Shown: positions 8,872-18,268, numbered from the stretch's first letter. The stretch: DNA of 33,007 bases from Bdellovibrionia bacterium (GCA_049424145.1 JBMSSC010000014.1:1-33007); one strand, 5' to 3'. The notes: generated by a model from the sequence alone, not told the origin. Translations and numbers: made by a program.

Positions 8872-9792
8872 TTGAAGAGAATGACTGGTTTAAAGCCCAA
8901 GTGGAATGGATTGATTTTGATTCTAGGATTTCTGGGACTTTTTTTTTCTTCGTTAGAAGAACACCCGCGCTTCGCTCAATCTGAACGAACCGCAGGTCGT
9001 CACCGGATTTTAGAGCTCCTGTTCCTTCCCCACGCTCAGGCTCAAGCGCCTGCTGAGCCTCCCTCTGAGTCTCAAGAACCACCCACCCTCTTTTCTCTGT
9101 TTGATAAAAAAGAATACGCTCAAGCCTTAAAGCTCTTGGAGGCCAACCCCCCCACCACCGCTCACGACCACTACAACTTAGGCACGCTTTACCTCAAACT
9201 CAATCAGCCAGGAAAAGCCGTGGCCCACCTCAAGAAGGCGCTTCATCTTCACCCCCGCGATCCCGATGTGAAACAGAATCTAAAACTAGCCAAAGAAGCC
9301 CTCCTGAGCCAGCTTGGGAATCCCACCTCACTTGAGCCAGCGGTAGGTCCCCTAGGCTTACTCCAAAACTTTCTTCAGACCGATGAGCTTCAATGGATCC
9401 TTCGATGCAGCAGTGTTGCTTTTTTAATGCTCTGGCTTGGGACTTATCTCAAACACCGCAGCCTAAGAAAAACCCTGCGCACCCCCTGGGGACTCACAGC
9501 CTTCGTTGGCCTAGGGATCTGTTTTTTAGGGTGGAGCGCACAGCGCCTCCCCATCGGCACGAATCCGGCCGTCTGCCTGGAATCTGAACCCATCCGAAGT
9601 GGCCCGGGACTTCATTATTCCATCTTAGGAAAACTCGAAAGCGGCATCGAAGTCGAACTTCTGGTTTTCACTTCAGACGAACCCAAAAACAGCAGCGAGA
9701 CCCCCACTCAAGACTCTGAAGCCTGGCAACAGGTTCAGTACCAGTCCGGGGGAATTGGGTGGGTTCGAGCCAAGAGTTTATTGGTGCTTTAG
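8872..9792 (+). CDS. TPR and SH3-like domain membrane protein (BatE-like)
   Basis: TPR HYNLGTLYLKLNQPGKAVAHLKKALHLHPRDPDVKQNL, two hydrophobic segments, bacterial SH3-like C-terminus (IRSGPG...WQQV...IGWV). The start may be ATG 8881. Confidence 0.7.
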   Translation: MKRMTGLKPKWNGLILILGFLGLFFSSLEEHPRFAQSERTAGRHRILELLFLPHAQAQAPAEPPSESQEPPTLFSLFDKKEYAQALKLLEANPPTTAHDHYNLGTLYLKLNQPGKAVAHLKKALHLHPRDPDVKQNLKLAKEALLSQLGNPTSLEPAVGPLGLLQNFLQTDELQWILRCSSVAFLMLWLGTYLKHRSLRKTLRTPWGLTAFVGLGICFLGWSAQRLPIGTNPAVCLESEPIRSGPGLHYSILGKLESGIEVELLVFTSDEPKNSSETPTQDSEAWQQVQYQSGGIGWVRAKSLLVL

Positions 9793-9819
9793 ACGAGAAA
9801 GTGTGTCAGAGGTCAAGCT

Positions 9820-10578
9820 ATGCTTCAGTTCAAAAATGAGCCCCACACTCCCAGAGCAACCTCATTTGATCGTTACGTGACAACCTTCAACCGAGCATCA
9901 CGGATCATCGTCTTCCTTCTTTTTGCCTGCGTTTCACTCGGGGCCTGCTCCAGTATTGCTGTCGATGAGAATGATCCCGCCTCTGTAATGGCCGACGCTG
10001 AAAATGAGATCAAAAGCTACCATTACCTGCTCGCCGTCGATAAACTGAGGATGATCAAAAATAAATTCCCTTACTCCAGCATTGCAACCGATGCTCAGCT
10101 GCGAATCGCTGATGTTTATTTCCTCCAGGAATCCTACATTGAGGCTGCAGCCTCCTATGAAGCCTTCAAAGACCTCCATCCCAAACACCCCAAAGCAGAG
10201 TACGCGCTTTTTCAAATGGGGCGATCCTACTTCAAAGACATCCCCTCGGTCACGGCTCGAGACTTGGCCTCTGCTCATCACGCCTTAGAGGGATACCTGC
10301 ACTACCTCTCGCTTTATCCCCATGGAGAGTACACCCCACAAGCCCAGCAAGACGTCGCAGAGATTCACCAGCTTTTGGCCGATAAAGAGCTTCTCATTGG
10401 GGATTTCTATTTTAAGAGAAAACTCTACGAAGCGGCCCGCCCCCGGTATGAGCAAGTTTTAAAGACTTACCCAGGGACTCAGGCGGCTCAACGTGCTCAA
10501 CAAAAAGTGGATCAAATCGAAAAACTCTCCAGCCAAAATCCCCCAAAGGAACCCACTCGCGATGATCACTCCCTCTGA
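9820..10578 (+). CDS. bamD: Outer membrane protein assembly lipoprotein BamD
   Basis: Lipobox LGAC; FPYS..A..AQL, F..LHPKHPKAEYA, RD, LA.KEL.IGDFY.KR..Y.AA..RY..VL..YP.T. Confidence 0.88.
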   Translation: MLQFKNEPHTPRATSFDRYVTTFNRASRIIVFLLFACVSLGACSSIAVDENDPASVMADAENEIKSYHYLLAVDKLRMIKNKFPYSSIATDAQLRIADVYFLQESYIEAAASYEAFKDLHPKHPKAEYALFQMGRSYFKDIPSVTARDLASAHHALEGYLHYLSLYPHGEYTPQAQQDVAEIHQLLADKELLIGDFYFKRKLYEAARPRYEQVLKTYPGTQAAQRAQQKVDQIEKLSSQNPPKEPTRDDHSL

Positions 10579-11329
10579 ACCTCAGGCTTTTGAAAAAAAC
10601 CCCACCGACGAGCAAATCCAGGAACTCTTAGCCTCCAAGCAATTTGCTGAGGCCGAAGCACTCATTCGGCAACGCATGCGAAAGGACCCCGAGAACGCTG
10701 ACTCCTACTACCTGCTCGGTGTTTTGTACTACTTTCAAGGCAATGTGGGCCAGTCGGTGGAGAATTTAAAAAAATCCCTTCGCATTGACCCCAGACATAC
10801 GGATGCAGCCATCTGTCTTTCAGTCCTTCTGAACGATATTGGAAAATATGAAGACGCCAAGAAGGTCTTCGAACAAGCCAATCAATCGGTCATCCACAAA
10901 CGAAGTGGAGAGGACTTGGCAGTGGACAAGAAATTTGCTGTCAAACACCTTGAGCTGGCCGACCTTTATTTTCGTTATCGCAGGTACGAAGAATCCATTG
11001 AGGAGTACTCCAAAGCCGCTCGCTTAGACCCTTCGACCTTAGAGATTCGAATTCGCCGAGCTAAAGCTTATGCCAAAAAGGGATTCTTAACACGCTCCAT
11101 GCAGGAACTTCAGCAACTCAAGCGCGAGCATCCGAAGTTCGTACCCGCCCGGATTCAACTCGGACTCCTGCACTACAGCCAAGGAAACGTTCTCGATGCT
11201 GAGCTAGAGTGGGAGAGCATTGTTCAATTTGACCCTCAAAATCGAGAGGCAATGGCCTATTTACAAATGGCAAAGCGTGAGCGCATGAAGCACTCCCCCC
11301 AAACGCCGGAGGCCCCTCACACAAACTAA
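10562..11329 (+). CDS. Tetratricopeptide repeat protein
   Basis: Multiple TPR units (ADSYYLLGVLYYFQG, HLELADLYFRYRRYEESIEEY, ARIQLGLLHYSQG). Start chosen at ATG 10562, overlapping the bamD end. Confidence 0.8.
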   Translation: MITPSEPQAFEKNPTDEQIQELLASKQFAEAEALIRQRMRKDPENADSYYLLGVLYYFQGNVGQSVENLKKSLRIDPRHTDAAICLSVLLNDIGKYEDAKKVFEQANQSVIHKRSGEDLAVDKKFAVKHLELADLYFRYRRYEESIEEYSKAARLDPSTLEIRIRRAKAYAKKGFLTRSMQELQQLKREHPKFVPARIQLGLLHYSQGNVLDAELEWESIVQFDPQNREAMAYLQMAKRERMKHSPQTPEAPHTN

Positions 11330-11366
11330 GCCGATCTCAGACTTTCTGGCCTCCGATTTTGCCAAG

Positions 11367-11963
11367 CTAAGCCGTCGGATGAAGCGTTCGAACGGTCAGC
11401 GACGGGGGAATGTTTCTCACTGAAACAGGGCTTCCTGAGACGGCTTGCGATTGCTCTTTCCCTTGAGCCGAGGAGAGATGAGAGGAAGGTGAGTTCACTC
11501 GTCGTGCATGCACACTCAGCAGATGCATCTTGAGTTCTTTAAACATCTCATGCTGAATGCTGTACTCATTTTCTTGTAGGACCACCTGCTTGGCCACTTG
11601 CTCCTTGAGATTAATGACTAAGGGGGCCTTCAAATTGGCGGTCATCTGAGTGACACTTTCGGGAATGGTGAGAATGGAAAATACGGCTGATTGATTAATA
11701 TTTTCGAGCTTTAACTCGCGCAGTTCCAGAGCCGACAAACGAACCGTATAATCTGGTTTAAAAATTTTAGGCTCCAGAATCGGAAAAGCTAGATCGGCAT
11801 GATCAACGGCTTGAAGCCACAGAATGAAGGTGTCGTCTCCTGGATCGACGATGAAAAATCGCTTGTAATCAGGAAAGCCTAAGATCCCCTGAGGAATATA
11901 GATCATCTCGTCATTTTCTACGCCGAGCTGTCCAAAACGTCCTGTTTTAACGATCACGCTCAA
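11367..11963 (-). CDS. fliW: Flagellar assembly factor FliW (CsrA antagonist)
   Basis: TGRFG, GILGFP, WLQ....LAF, MTANLKAPLVIN....AKQVVL; next to csrA. Confidence 0.93.
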   Translation of the reverse strand: MSVIVKTGRFGQLGVENDEMIYIPQGILGFPDYKRFFIVDPGDDTFILWLQAVDHADLAFPILEPKIFKPDYTVRLSALELRELKLENINQSAVFSILTIPESVTQMTANLKAPLVINLKEQVAKQVVLQENEYSIQHEMFKELKMHLLSVHARRVNSPSSHLSSAQGKEQSQAVSGSPVSVRNIPPSLTVRTLHPTA

Positions 11964-11996
11964 CCTCTTTGGTCCGGTTAGATACTATGTTTAAAA

Positions 11997-12221
11997 TTAC
12001 CCCTTTAAAACTTTTGAAACCTGAGCAATTCCAGCTGCAGTTTTCACTGCCTCTTTATTTTGCTCTTGAATCGCTGTATACACTTCTTCGCGATGAATCT
12101 TGGTCTCTTTTGGGGCTTGGATTCCCAAGCGCACCTGTTTGCCCTTGATTTGTACCACAACAACCTTGATGTGGTCATCAATCGCAATGCTTTCCCCAAG
12201 CTTCCGGGTCAATACTAACAT
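11997..12221 (-). CDS. csrA: Carbon storage regulator / translational regulator CsrA
   Basis: MLVLTRKLGESIAI...QVRLGIQAPK...IHREEVY. Confidence 0.97.
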   Translation of the reverse strand: MLVLTRKLGESIAIDDHIKVVVVQIKGKQVRLGIQAPKETKIHREEVYTAIQEQNKEAVKTAAGIAQVSKVLKG

Positions 12222-12333
12222 AAGATCTCCATCTTTGCGTCAAACAAGTATTCCGTTACCGAAGAAACCTTTAAACTAACACCCTGCCACTTGCAACCTA
12301 TTTCTCTGTGCGTCAGAGCGTTTACCATCCCCA

Positions 12334-13299
12334 TTACCTTAAGAAATCCAGCAAGCTGGGCTGAATTAATCGCTTCGAGGTCATGAGGGAGTTTTTAAAA
12401 ATTGACTCTTCTTTATTTAACTCCGTTGAAACGTGCGCCATATCCGCATCCTCTAGGACTGAGCTCAGATTGATGTTCGTTAAGTTTTGACGATCAATCA
12501 TACTCATACTGGAGGCTAGCCCTTGCAGTCGGGAGCCCAGCTTAGTTCGAGTGCTCACAATTTTTGAATAAAGTTGATCAAATCGATCTAAGCTGTCATG
12601 GATCATCTCCATGTTGCCCGTCAGCAAGGCAATTCTAAAGTTCTGTAACTCATCAAAGAGATTTACATTCTCCAAACTTCCCTCAGTTGAAGGTACGCCC
12701 TCCTCTGAGGAAGAATTGAAGCGGGACAGATCTTGACCCCACTCAGGCTTTGCATTCGTATTAAAAGCCTCAGAACCCGGAATATTCATCGTCAGAAAAA
12801 CATCCTTGGCAATCTCGACCATCATCTGACCGCGATCTCCATGATAGCGACCATCGGCATCAATCGGAGGCTTTTGCGTCTTAAACCCTCCGAATAGATA
12901 GCGATCCCCCACTCGACGATTCGCCACGGCGATGGCTTGTTTAAAAATTTGCGCCACCTCCTCGGCAACCCCAAGCCGGGTATGATCACTGGCTGTTGCC
13001 GAGTTGGATTGACCTAAGGCAATTTCTTTGGCACGAAGCACCAGCTCCGACACTTCAGCCAAAGCACTGTCCGTATTCTCCAAAAACGTTTCAGCCATCT
13101 TGGAATTCATCTGATACTGGTCGTTATTCATTCGATCCGTCCTCACCTCTAAAACCTTTGCGGTTCCAACGGGGTCGTCCGATGGGGTATTAATTTTTTT
13201 CATGCTCACGGACTGAATCTGAAGCGTGTTCATTTTATCCCGACTTCTTTGAACCGCATCACGAACCATGTCAAAATTGCTATGATCAGTCACTCTCAT
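12334..13299 (-). CDS. flgL: Flagellar hook-associated protein 3
   Basis: MRVT start, KINTPSDDPV, RYLFGG, LEDADMA, C-terminal SLLDFLR. Confidence 0.93.
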   Translation of the reverse strand: MRVTDHSNFDMVRDAVQRSRDKMNTLQIQSVSMKKINTPSDDPVGTAKVLEVRTDRMNNDQYQMNSKMAETFLENTDSALAEVSELVLRAKEIALGQSNSATASDHTRLGVAEEVAQIFKQAIAVANRRVGDRYLFGGFKTQKPPIDADGRYHGDRGQMMVEIAKDVFLTMNIPGSEAFNTNAKPEWGQDLSRFNSSSEEGVPSTEGSLENVNLFDELQNFRIALLTGNMEMIHDSLDRFDQLYSKIVSTRTKLGSRLQGLASSMSMIDRQNLTNINLSSVLEDADMAHVSTELNKEESIFKNSLMTSKRLIQPSLLDFLR

Positions 13300-13327
13300 G
13301 ATAAAAATCCTTTATTCAATCCCAGAG

Positions 13328-14752
13328 CTAATCCCTCTTCAGCTGAAGAATCGTCTTCAGCATTTCATCGGCCACTTGGATCACCTTGGCGGAGGCATCA
13401 AAGGTGTGTTGAAACTGAATCAAATTTGCGGATTCTTCATCAATGGAGACTCCAGAAATTTGATCCCTAATTTTTGACAGCTGTGTCACCACATCTTTTT
13501 GATGATTCATTGCAGAGCGAACCCGACTACTGGCCACCCCAACGTCACTGACAATCGAATTAAACCAATCATCCGCCGTGGACTGACCCTCGCCAATGAT
13601 CTTTTCATACTGAAGAGAAGAGATGGCCACAGCAATTCGATTATCGCCCGGAGCATTGGCTTCCAAAGCGGTGGCAATACGCCGGGAGTCACCCTTCACT
13701 TCATCGGAGAGATCAAAAAACTCCGCTGCTCGCTCTTGAGTCTCAAGCCGCTTAAAGTAGTTCACACCCGTTTCACCCTGCGCATTAACCCCTTGCGAGT
13801 GAACCCCGTTAATGGCCTGGGTGATTCCATAGGCTAACGCATCGAGCCGATCCAAGACACGAGATCCGATGAGATCCCTAAGCTCAATGAGCGCTCCTAA
13901 GCGCCCGCCTTTTAATTGATGAGTGATCTGATTGAGGGCCGATCCCTCGGCGCGAATCTGCATCAGGCCTTGTTTTTCATCTGAACTGACGACCGAGCCT
14001 CTTTCAGCGATCAACTGGCGAACCGTCATTCCGTGGACCACAGGGCCTACATTTTTCACGTCCACTTGCACCACACCGTTTTGATCCTGAAACGTGCTGA
14101 TGTCACAAAACGAGCCTAACTTCTTTAACGCCTGATCGCGGCGATCCATCAGATCATTGGCATGACCCACGACCGACTCCATGGCCTTAATCTCTTGATT
14201 TAAATCAGCCACGTCTTTACACGCCCGATTGAACTCCTCGGTGTACCCTTCAATCCGAGAATCGATGTGCTTACTCACTTCTTTTACGCGGTCTCTCACC
14301 GAACGAAAATCATTGACCATGGCTTGAGAGGCTTCTCGCACCGACTCCCTTAAGGCCGTGTTCTCAGGCTCATTGGCGAGTTTTCTAAATTCATTAAAAA
14401 ATCGACTCATGAGCCGATTAATGCCATCCCCTCCGAGCTCATTGAAGATATCCTCGACCTGAGCAAGCCCCATTCCTTTTTCTTCATGATAGGCAATCTC
14501 TCGTTGTGCATTTCTCAGGTGTTTTTCTAGGTAACTATCATTGATTCGATCCACGCGAACGACATTCACTCCATTTCCAATGGCGTAGCGACCGCCCTCT
14601 CCTGCGCGTGGATTGCGCGTCTCAACGACGATCTTCTGTCGGGAGTAGCCTTCGGTATTCGCATTGGCAATATTGTGGCCCGTCGTGGAGATCCCCGACT
14701 TCGATGCCACTAGGCCTGAATAACCGGTGTTGACAATATTGGCTATTCCCAT
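13328..14752 (-). CDS. flgK: Flagellar hook-associated protein 1
   Basis: TTGHNIANANTEGYSRQ, LMDRRD, GGRLGAL, SGVSIDEE.ANL..FQ....ASAKVI. Confidence 0.95.
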   Translation of the reverse strand: MGIANIVNTGYSGLVASKSGISTTGHNIANANTEGYSRQKIVVETRNPRAGEGGRYAIGNGVNVVRVDRINDSYLEKHLRNAQREIAYHEEKGMGLAQVEDIFNELGGDGINRLMSRFFNEFRKLANEPENTALRESVREASQAMVNDFRSVRDRVKEVSKHIDSRIEGYTEEFNRACKDVADLNQEIKAMESVVGHANDLMDRRDQALKKLGSFCDISTFQDQNGVVQVDVKNVGPVVHGMTVRQLIAERGSVVSSDEKQGLMQIRAEGSALNQITHQLKGGRLGALIELRDLIGSRVLDRLDALAYGITQAINGVHSQGVNAQGETGVNYFKRLETQERAAEFFDLSDEVKGDSRRIATALEANAPGDNRIAVAISSLQYEKIIGEGQSTADDWFNSIVSDVGVASSRVRSAMNHQKDVVTQLSKIRDQISGVSIDEESANLIQFQHTFDASAKVIQVADEMLKTILQLKRD

Positions 14753-14759
14753 CTCTGCC

Positions 14760-15272
14760 TCAGATCTCCCTCGAAATTAAATGTGAGGCCTGAACGCCTT
14801 GAGAGCGATTCCCTTGATGGGTATAGGTGCTGGATTTCATGGATGCCTCACTGATGGCATTCTTCTTCATGACCTGAACGTGACTGAGGGCCTGCTGAAG
14901 GAGGAGTTGGTTATCGGCGTTTTGTTCGGAAATGCGCGATACCAAGTGAGTTAACGCATTGAGTGAGCTTTGAAGCGACGCAGCCAGCTCTGGGTGAGAC
15001 GTCTGAATGGAAAGGATGAGCTCATGGAGCTTAAGGCTCTGAACGGGTTTTTTTAAAACCATCGCCAGCTCATCAATGCACTTTAAGCGGTTGTACTCGA
15101 CCTGATGAATCTCCTCACACAGCGCAAGTTTCGCTTTGGAGACGGCCCCAATCTTGGCCAAATCCGCTGAAAGGAGATGGGTTTTCTCCTCGCGCACCAG
15201 CTCCAAAAGCTGACAGTGAAGACCCGTTAAACGCTTTAAACTCTGATGAACCGACTGTAGTAATTTTTCCAA
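14760..15272 (-). CDS. flgN: Flagellar export chaperone FlgN
   Basis: Helical ~170-aa protein between flgM and flgK; TTG start with AGGAGG RBS; late N..N..LL and TY..G pattern. Confidence 0.8.
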   Translation of the reverse strand: MEKLLQSVHQSLKRLTGLHCQLLELVREEKTHLLSADLAKIGAVSKAKLALCEEIHQVEYNRLKCIDELAMVLKKPVQSLKLHELILSIQTSHPELAASLQSSLNALTHLVSRISEQNADNQLLLQQALSHVQVMKKNAISEASMKSSTYTHQGNRSQGVQASHLISREI

Positions 15273-15433
15273 GCCGCAATCCTCCTGATTGCCTACGGAT
15301 TCAACTCCATGGGTTCGCCAAATCCTTTGGCGACGATCTCAATCCTACTTAAAAACCCCAGTTCAGCTTCAATACGTCAGTACAAAAACCACTTAAAGAC
15401 GGCGAGGAGCACTCTTCCGCTCCCCCGGGCCCC

Positions 15434-15778
15434 TTAATCCTCTCGAGAGATCAGCCGAAGGTGATCATCCACTAAACGATCAGCAATGGCATTGGAGTCC
15501 ACTTGATACGACTTCTCTGCAATCCTCTTTTTTAACTCTGCCACTTTATCTTCTCGAATCTCAGGCGCACTGGTTGCCACTTCCTTGGCCTTTCCAAACT
15601 CTTTACTCTTGGCTGAGATTTCACTTTTCACATCCAAGTTAACTGGCTTCTTCCCTGATCCTTCAACCCCAGAGGCGGCATCCTTCTCCGTTCGCTTGAG
15701 TTCTGAGGCCTGAGCTTGCTTCCCCGTCTTCCTTGCATTGGCTAACTCTGGATTACCACCGGATTGGCCGACTTTCAT
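15434..15778 (-). CDS. flgM: Anti-sigma28 factor FlgM
   Basis: PEIREDKVAELKKRI....YQVDSNAIADRLV. Confidence 0.92.
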   Translation of the reverse strand: MKVGQSGGNPELANARKTGKQAQASELKRTEKDAASGVEGSGKKPVNLDVKSEISAKSKEFGKAKEVATSAPEIREDKVAELKKRIAEKSYQVDSNAIADRLVDDHLRLISRED

Positions 15779-16206
15779 GAGGTCTCCTTGGGCACAGAAT
15801 GGGGATCGCTCTTCTCTCCCGACTGATGGCCCTGAGTTAAATGATATCTGTTTGATTCCAGATAAGCAATAATCTGTTCAGCAAGACCAATTCCACCATG
15901 ACGAGCCGCTTTTTGAGCCACCTCAGAGTCCATCATTCCCCGATAAATTTGAGTCGCAGGAGACTCTAAATCCATCTCATTTTTGGGAACAGTCTCCCGC
16001 ATGACTTTCATGAGGTAATCTAAAAACATGGCCTCCATTCCCTGAGCGGCCTTCAGCACTTCAGGACTCACCTGGGAGCGATCCACAGGCACCGTTCGCT
16101 TGGCGGAGGAAACAGACCAATCCCCAGTATGTTCATCCTTCACACGGGGTCGTGAAAACTGAAAAGAAGAGGGAGAAAGCCCTGAGGAACCCACAGACTT
16201 AGACAC
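15775..16206 (-). CDS. flgJ: Rod-binding FlgJ-like protein (no muramidase domain)
   Basis: LKAAQGMEAMFLDYLMKVMRETVP...IYRGMMDSEVA...GIGLAEQI. Start uncertain: GTG 16206 with GGAGG upstream preferred over ATG 16380. Confidence 0.82.
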   Translation of the reverse strand: MSKSVGSSGLSPSSFQFSRPRVKDEHTGDWSVSSAKRTVPVDRSQVSPEVLKAAQGMEAMFLDYLMKVMRETVPKNEMDLESPATQIYRGMMDSEVAQKAARHGGIGLAEQIIAYLESNRYHLTQGHQSGEKSDPHSVPKETS

Positions 16207-16431
16207 ACCCAAGGCCCCCCCCTCCACCATAAGCACCAGACTCAGTCGGCAGATCCCCAGCCTCCATGCCGGACTCATTTGAATCAAGACTTGTAGCGCC
16301 CACCATCCTAGCAGGCCAATTCTGCTGTCCTGTTTCCTGGAATGGGTCACCCGTAGATGACCGATTGAGTTGACTCGCATCTTCCATAATGCCGAGCCGA
16401 CTTGGCTTGTGCTTAAAGCAAACCCTAAAAC

Positions 16432-17475
16432 TCACATCATCTCCAATTCAGCCTGAAGGGCACCTGCCTCCTTCAAGCTCTGAAAAATCGCAGTTAAATC
16501 CCTGGGCTGAACCCCCAACGTATTGAGGGCCTTCATCAAGTCTGAAACCGTAGTCCCCGACTTCAACTCCGCCTACCGCTCGGGCTTAGTTCCCTTTGGA
16601 GCGCCCTTGACGTCAATGGCCAGATCACCATGCGAGATGGCCACCGGAGCAATACTGAGGTGTTCCCCCATGACCACGGTCCCGGTTCTCTCATTGAGCA
16701 CCACTTTGGCCTTGGATTCCACGTGAATATTCATGTTCTCAAGCAAGGCCAAGAGTTCAACTGAATTCCCATCGTAATGAAATGGGACCACAACATCAAT
16801 AGTACCACTATCCCGAGCTGAAGCAAATTTCCCTCCCAGCTCGCCGTTAATCACCATCGCCACTCTGGCTGCGGTCGTGAAATCTGCTTGATGAAGGGCT
16901 AGTCTGAAATTCTTCTTGGCTGCAAAGTTGAAGTCAAAGTCTTTTTCAATAGTGGCTCCGGATACGACTCGACCCACTGTCGGAAAATTCTTTGAAGCCC
17001 CATCTAAAACGCTACCAATACTGATCGGACCCTGCGCCACAGCATAAACGTTCTGATCCCCAGCTCGCAAAGGAGTCACCAGCAAAACCCCTCCTTCCAG
17101 ACTGCTTGCGTCCCCGATGGAACTCACAGTGACATCCAATTGACTCCCCACTCGGGCAAATGGAGGAAGTTTGGCTGTGACAATAACGGCTGCTGCATTC
17201 TTAGATTTTACACTAGCATTGTTTTGAATATCTAGTCCTAACTTTCCAAAAAGACGAGAGAGGGACTGACTGGTAATTTCTGTACTGGAGTCTCCCGTTC
17301 CGCGAAGACCAACTGCAATGCCGTAGCCAATTAAGATATTCTCCCTCACCCCTTTGACCGAGGCAATGTCTTTGAGGCGAGCACCGAGACTGACTTGAGG
17401 CAAAAAACTGAGCCCCATCACCAGAATCAAAACAGAGCGAAACGCTTTAGCGTGCAACGGCAACTTGAGTGTCAT
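16432..17475 (-). pseudogene. flgI: Flagellar P-ring protein FlgI interrupted by one in-frame TAG at 16573-16575
   Basis: ARLKDIA, N.LIGYG..VGL.GTGD, VSSIGDASSLEGG.L, DFTTA, VVLNERTGTVVMG. After the TAG the frame continues AELKSGTTVSDLMKALNTLGVQPRDLTAIFQSLKEAGALQAELEMM to TGA at 16432-16434. Could be a sequencing error; start uncertain. Confidence 0.8.
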
Positions 17476-18268
17476 ACAATTTTCCAGAGTCAAGTGAATC
17501 GGAATCTTGAGCTAAATCGGCTTCCTTCACCAGTGCAACCACGCGTACTTCGCGCGAGTATCCCTTTTTCATTAAAACCCTTTTTGTGGCTTGAATCTTA
17601 TAGTTTCCGTTGGAGAATCGTCCCAAGACTTCGGCCATCATGCCATCCCCCACTTTGAGCTCAAGACTTGAAGAAATATCCAGGTCTTTAAAGTTCAGTT
17701 GCGAGAGTTGCCGATCCACATCGGAGGCCCCAGCGGAATCAGATTTCTCAGAATCAGAGGAAGCCTCCGGCGACTTGGAATCCCCTGCGTTGTCTTTTTT
17801 TGAGCCCTCTGTGGATTTCGAAAGTTGATCTCTGAGCTTTGAGCGAGCTTGGGAGAGCTCCTCATCTCGTTCATCATCCGAAAGAGAGCCTTTGATCTCA
17901 GCTTGAATGTTTCGCAAAAGCTCGTTTTCAATTTTAACAGTAAACAGATCTCCCGGAGCCCGGATCTTGTTGCGGGTAAAATAATAGTTCGTCTGCCCGC
18001 TGGATGCCCAAAGAGAGCCTTCTTCCTGAGATTGATCAATGAAATCTTCTCGTCTCACTCGACTTCCTTTTCGAAGGGCCCCGGCCCTAGGCCCGTTCTG
18101 GGCATTTTGCTTCCCTGCTCGCTCATCCCTCATGAAAGCCGACTCAGAGAAGTCTCTTTCCCGCTCCTGCTCATCTGCCTGCTTCAGGCTGTTGACGAAT
18201 TGAGCACATCCTGTATTAAACATTATAAAGATATTTAATAATAAAATAAAATATTTTCTTAAGATCAC
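17447..18268 (-). CDS. flgH: Flagellar L-ring lipoprotein FlgH
   Basis: Lipobox-like FNTGC, EGSLW, PGDLFTVKIE, AEVL....NGNYKIQATK; position between flgA and flgI. Confidence 0.82.
   Translation of the reverse strand: MILRKYFILLLNIFIMFNTGCAQFVNSLKQADEQERERDFSESAFMRDERAGKQNAQNGPRAGALRKGSRVRREDFIDQSQEEGSLWASSGQTNYYFTRNKIRAPGDLFTVKIENELLRNIQAEIKGSLSDDERDEELSQARSKLRDQLSKSTEGSKKDNAGDSKSPEASSDSEKSDSAGASDVDRQLSQLNFKDLDISSSLELKVGDGMMAEVLGRFSNGNYKIQATKRVLMKKGYSREVRVVALVKEADLAQDSDSLDSGKLYDTQVAVAR

Noticed and set aside
16207..16380. N-terminal extension of FlgJ in the ORF track
   Set aside because: It does not look protein-like, and a GTG with a good RBS lies at 16206; probably intergenic.
16573..16575. 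Genome-wide TAG reassignment as the explanation for the flgI stop
   Set aside because: flgK, flgG, gcvT and gcvH end at TAG at their expected C-termini, and no other gene in the window shows an internal TAG.
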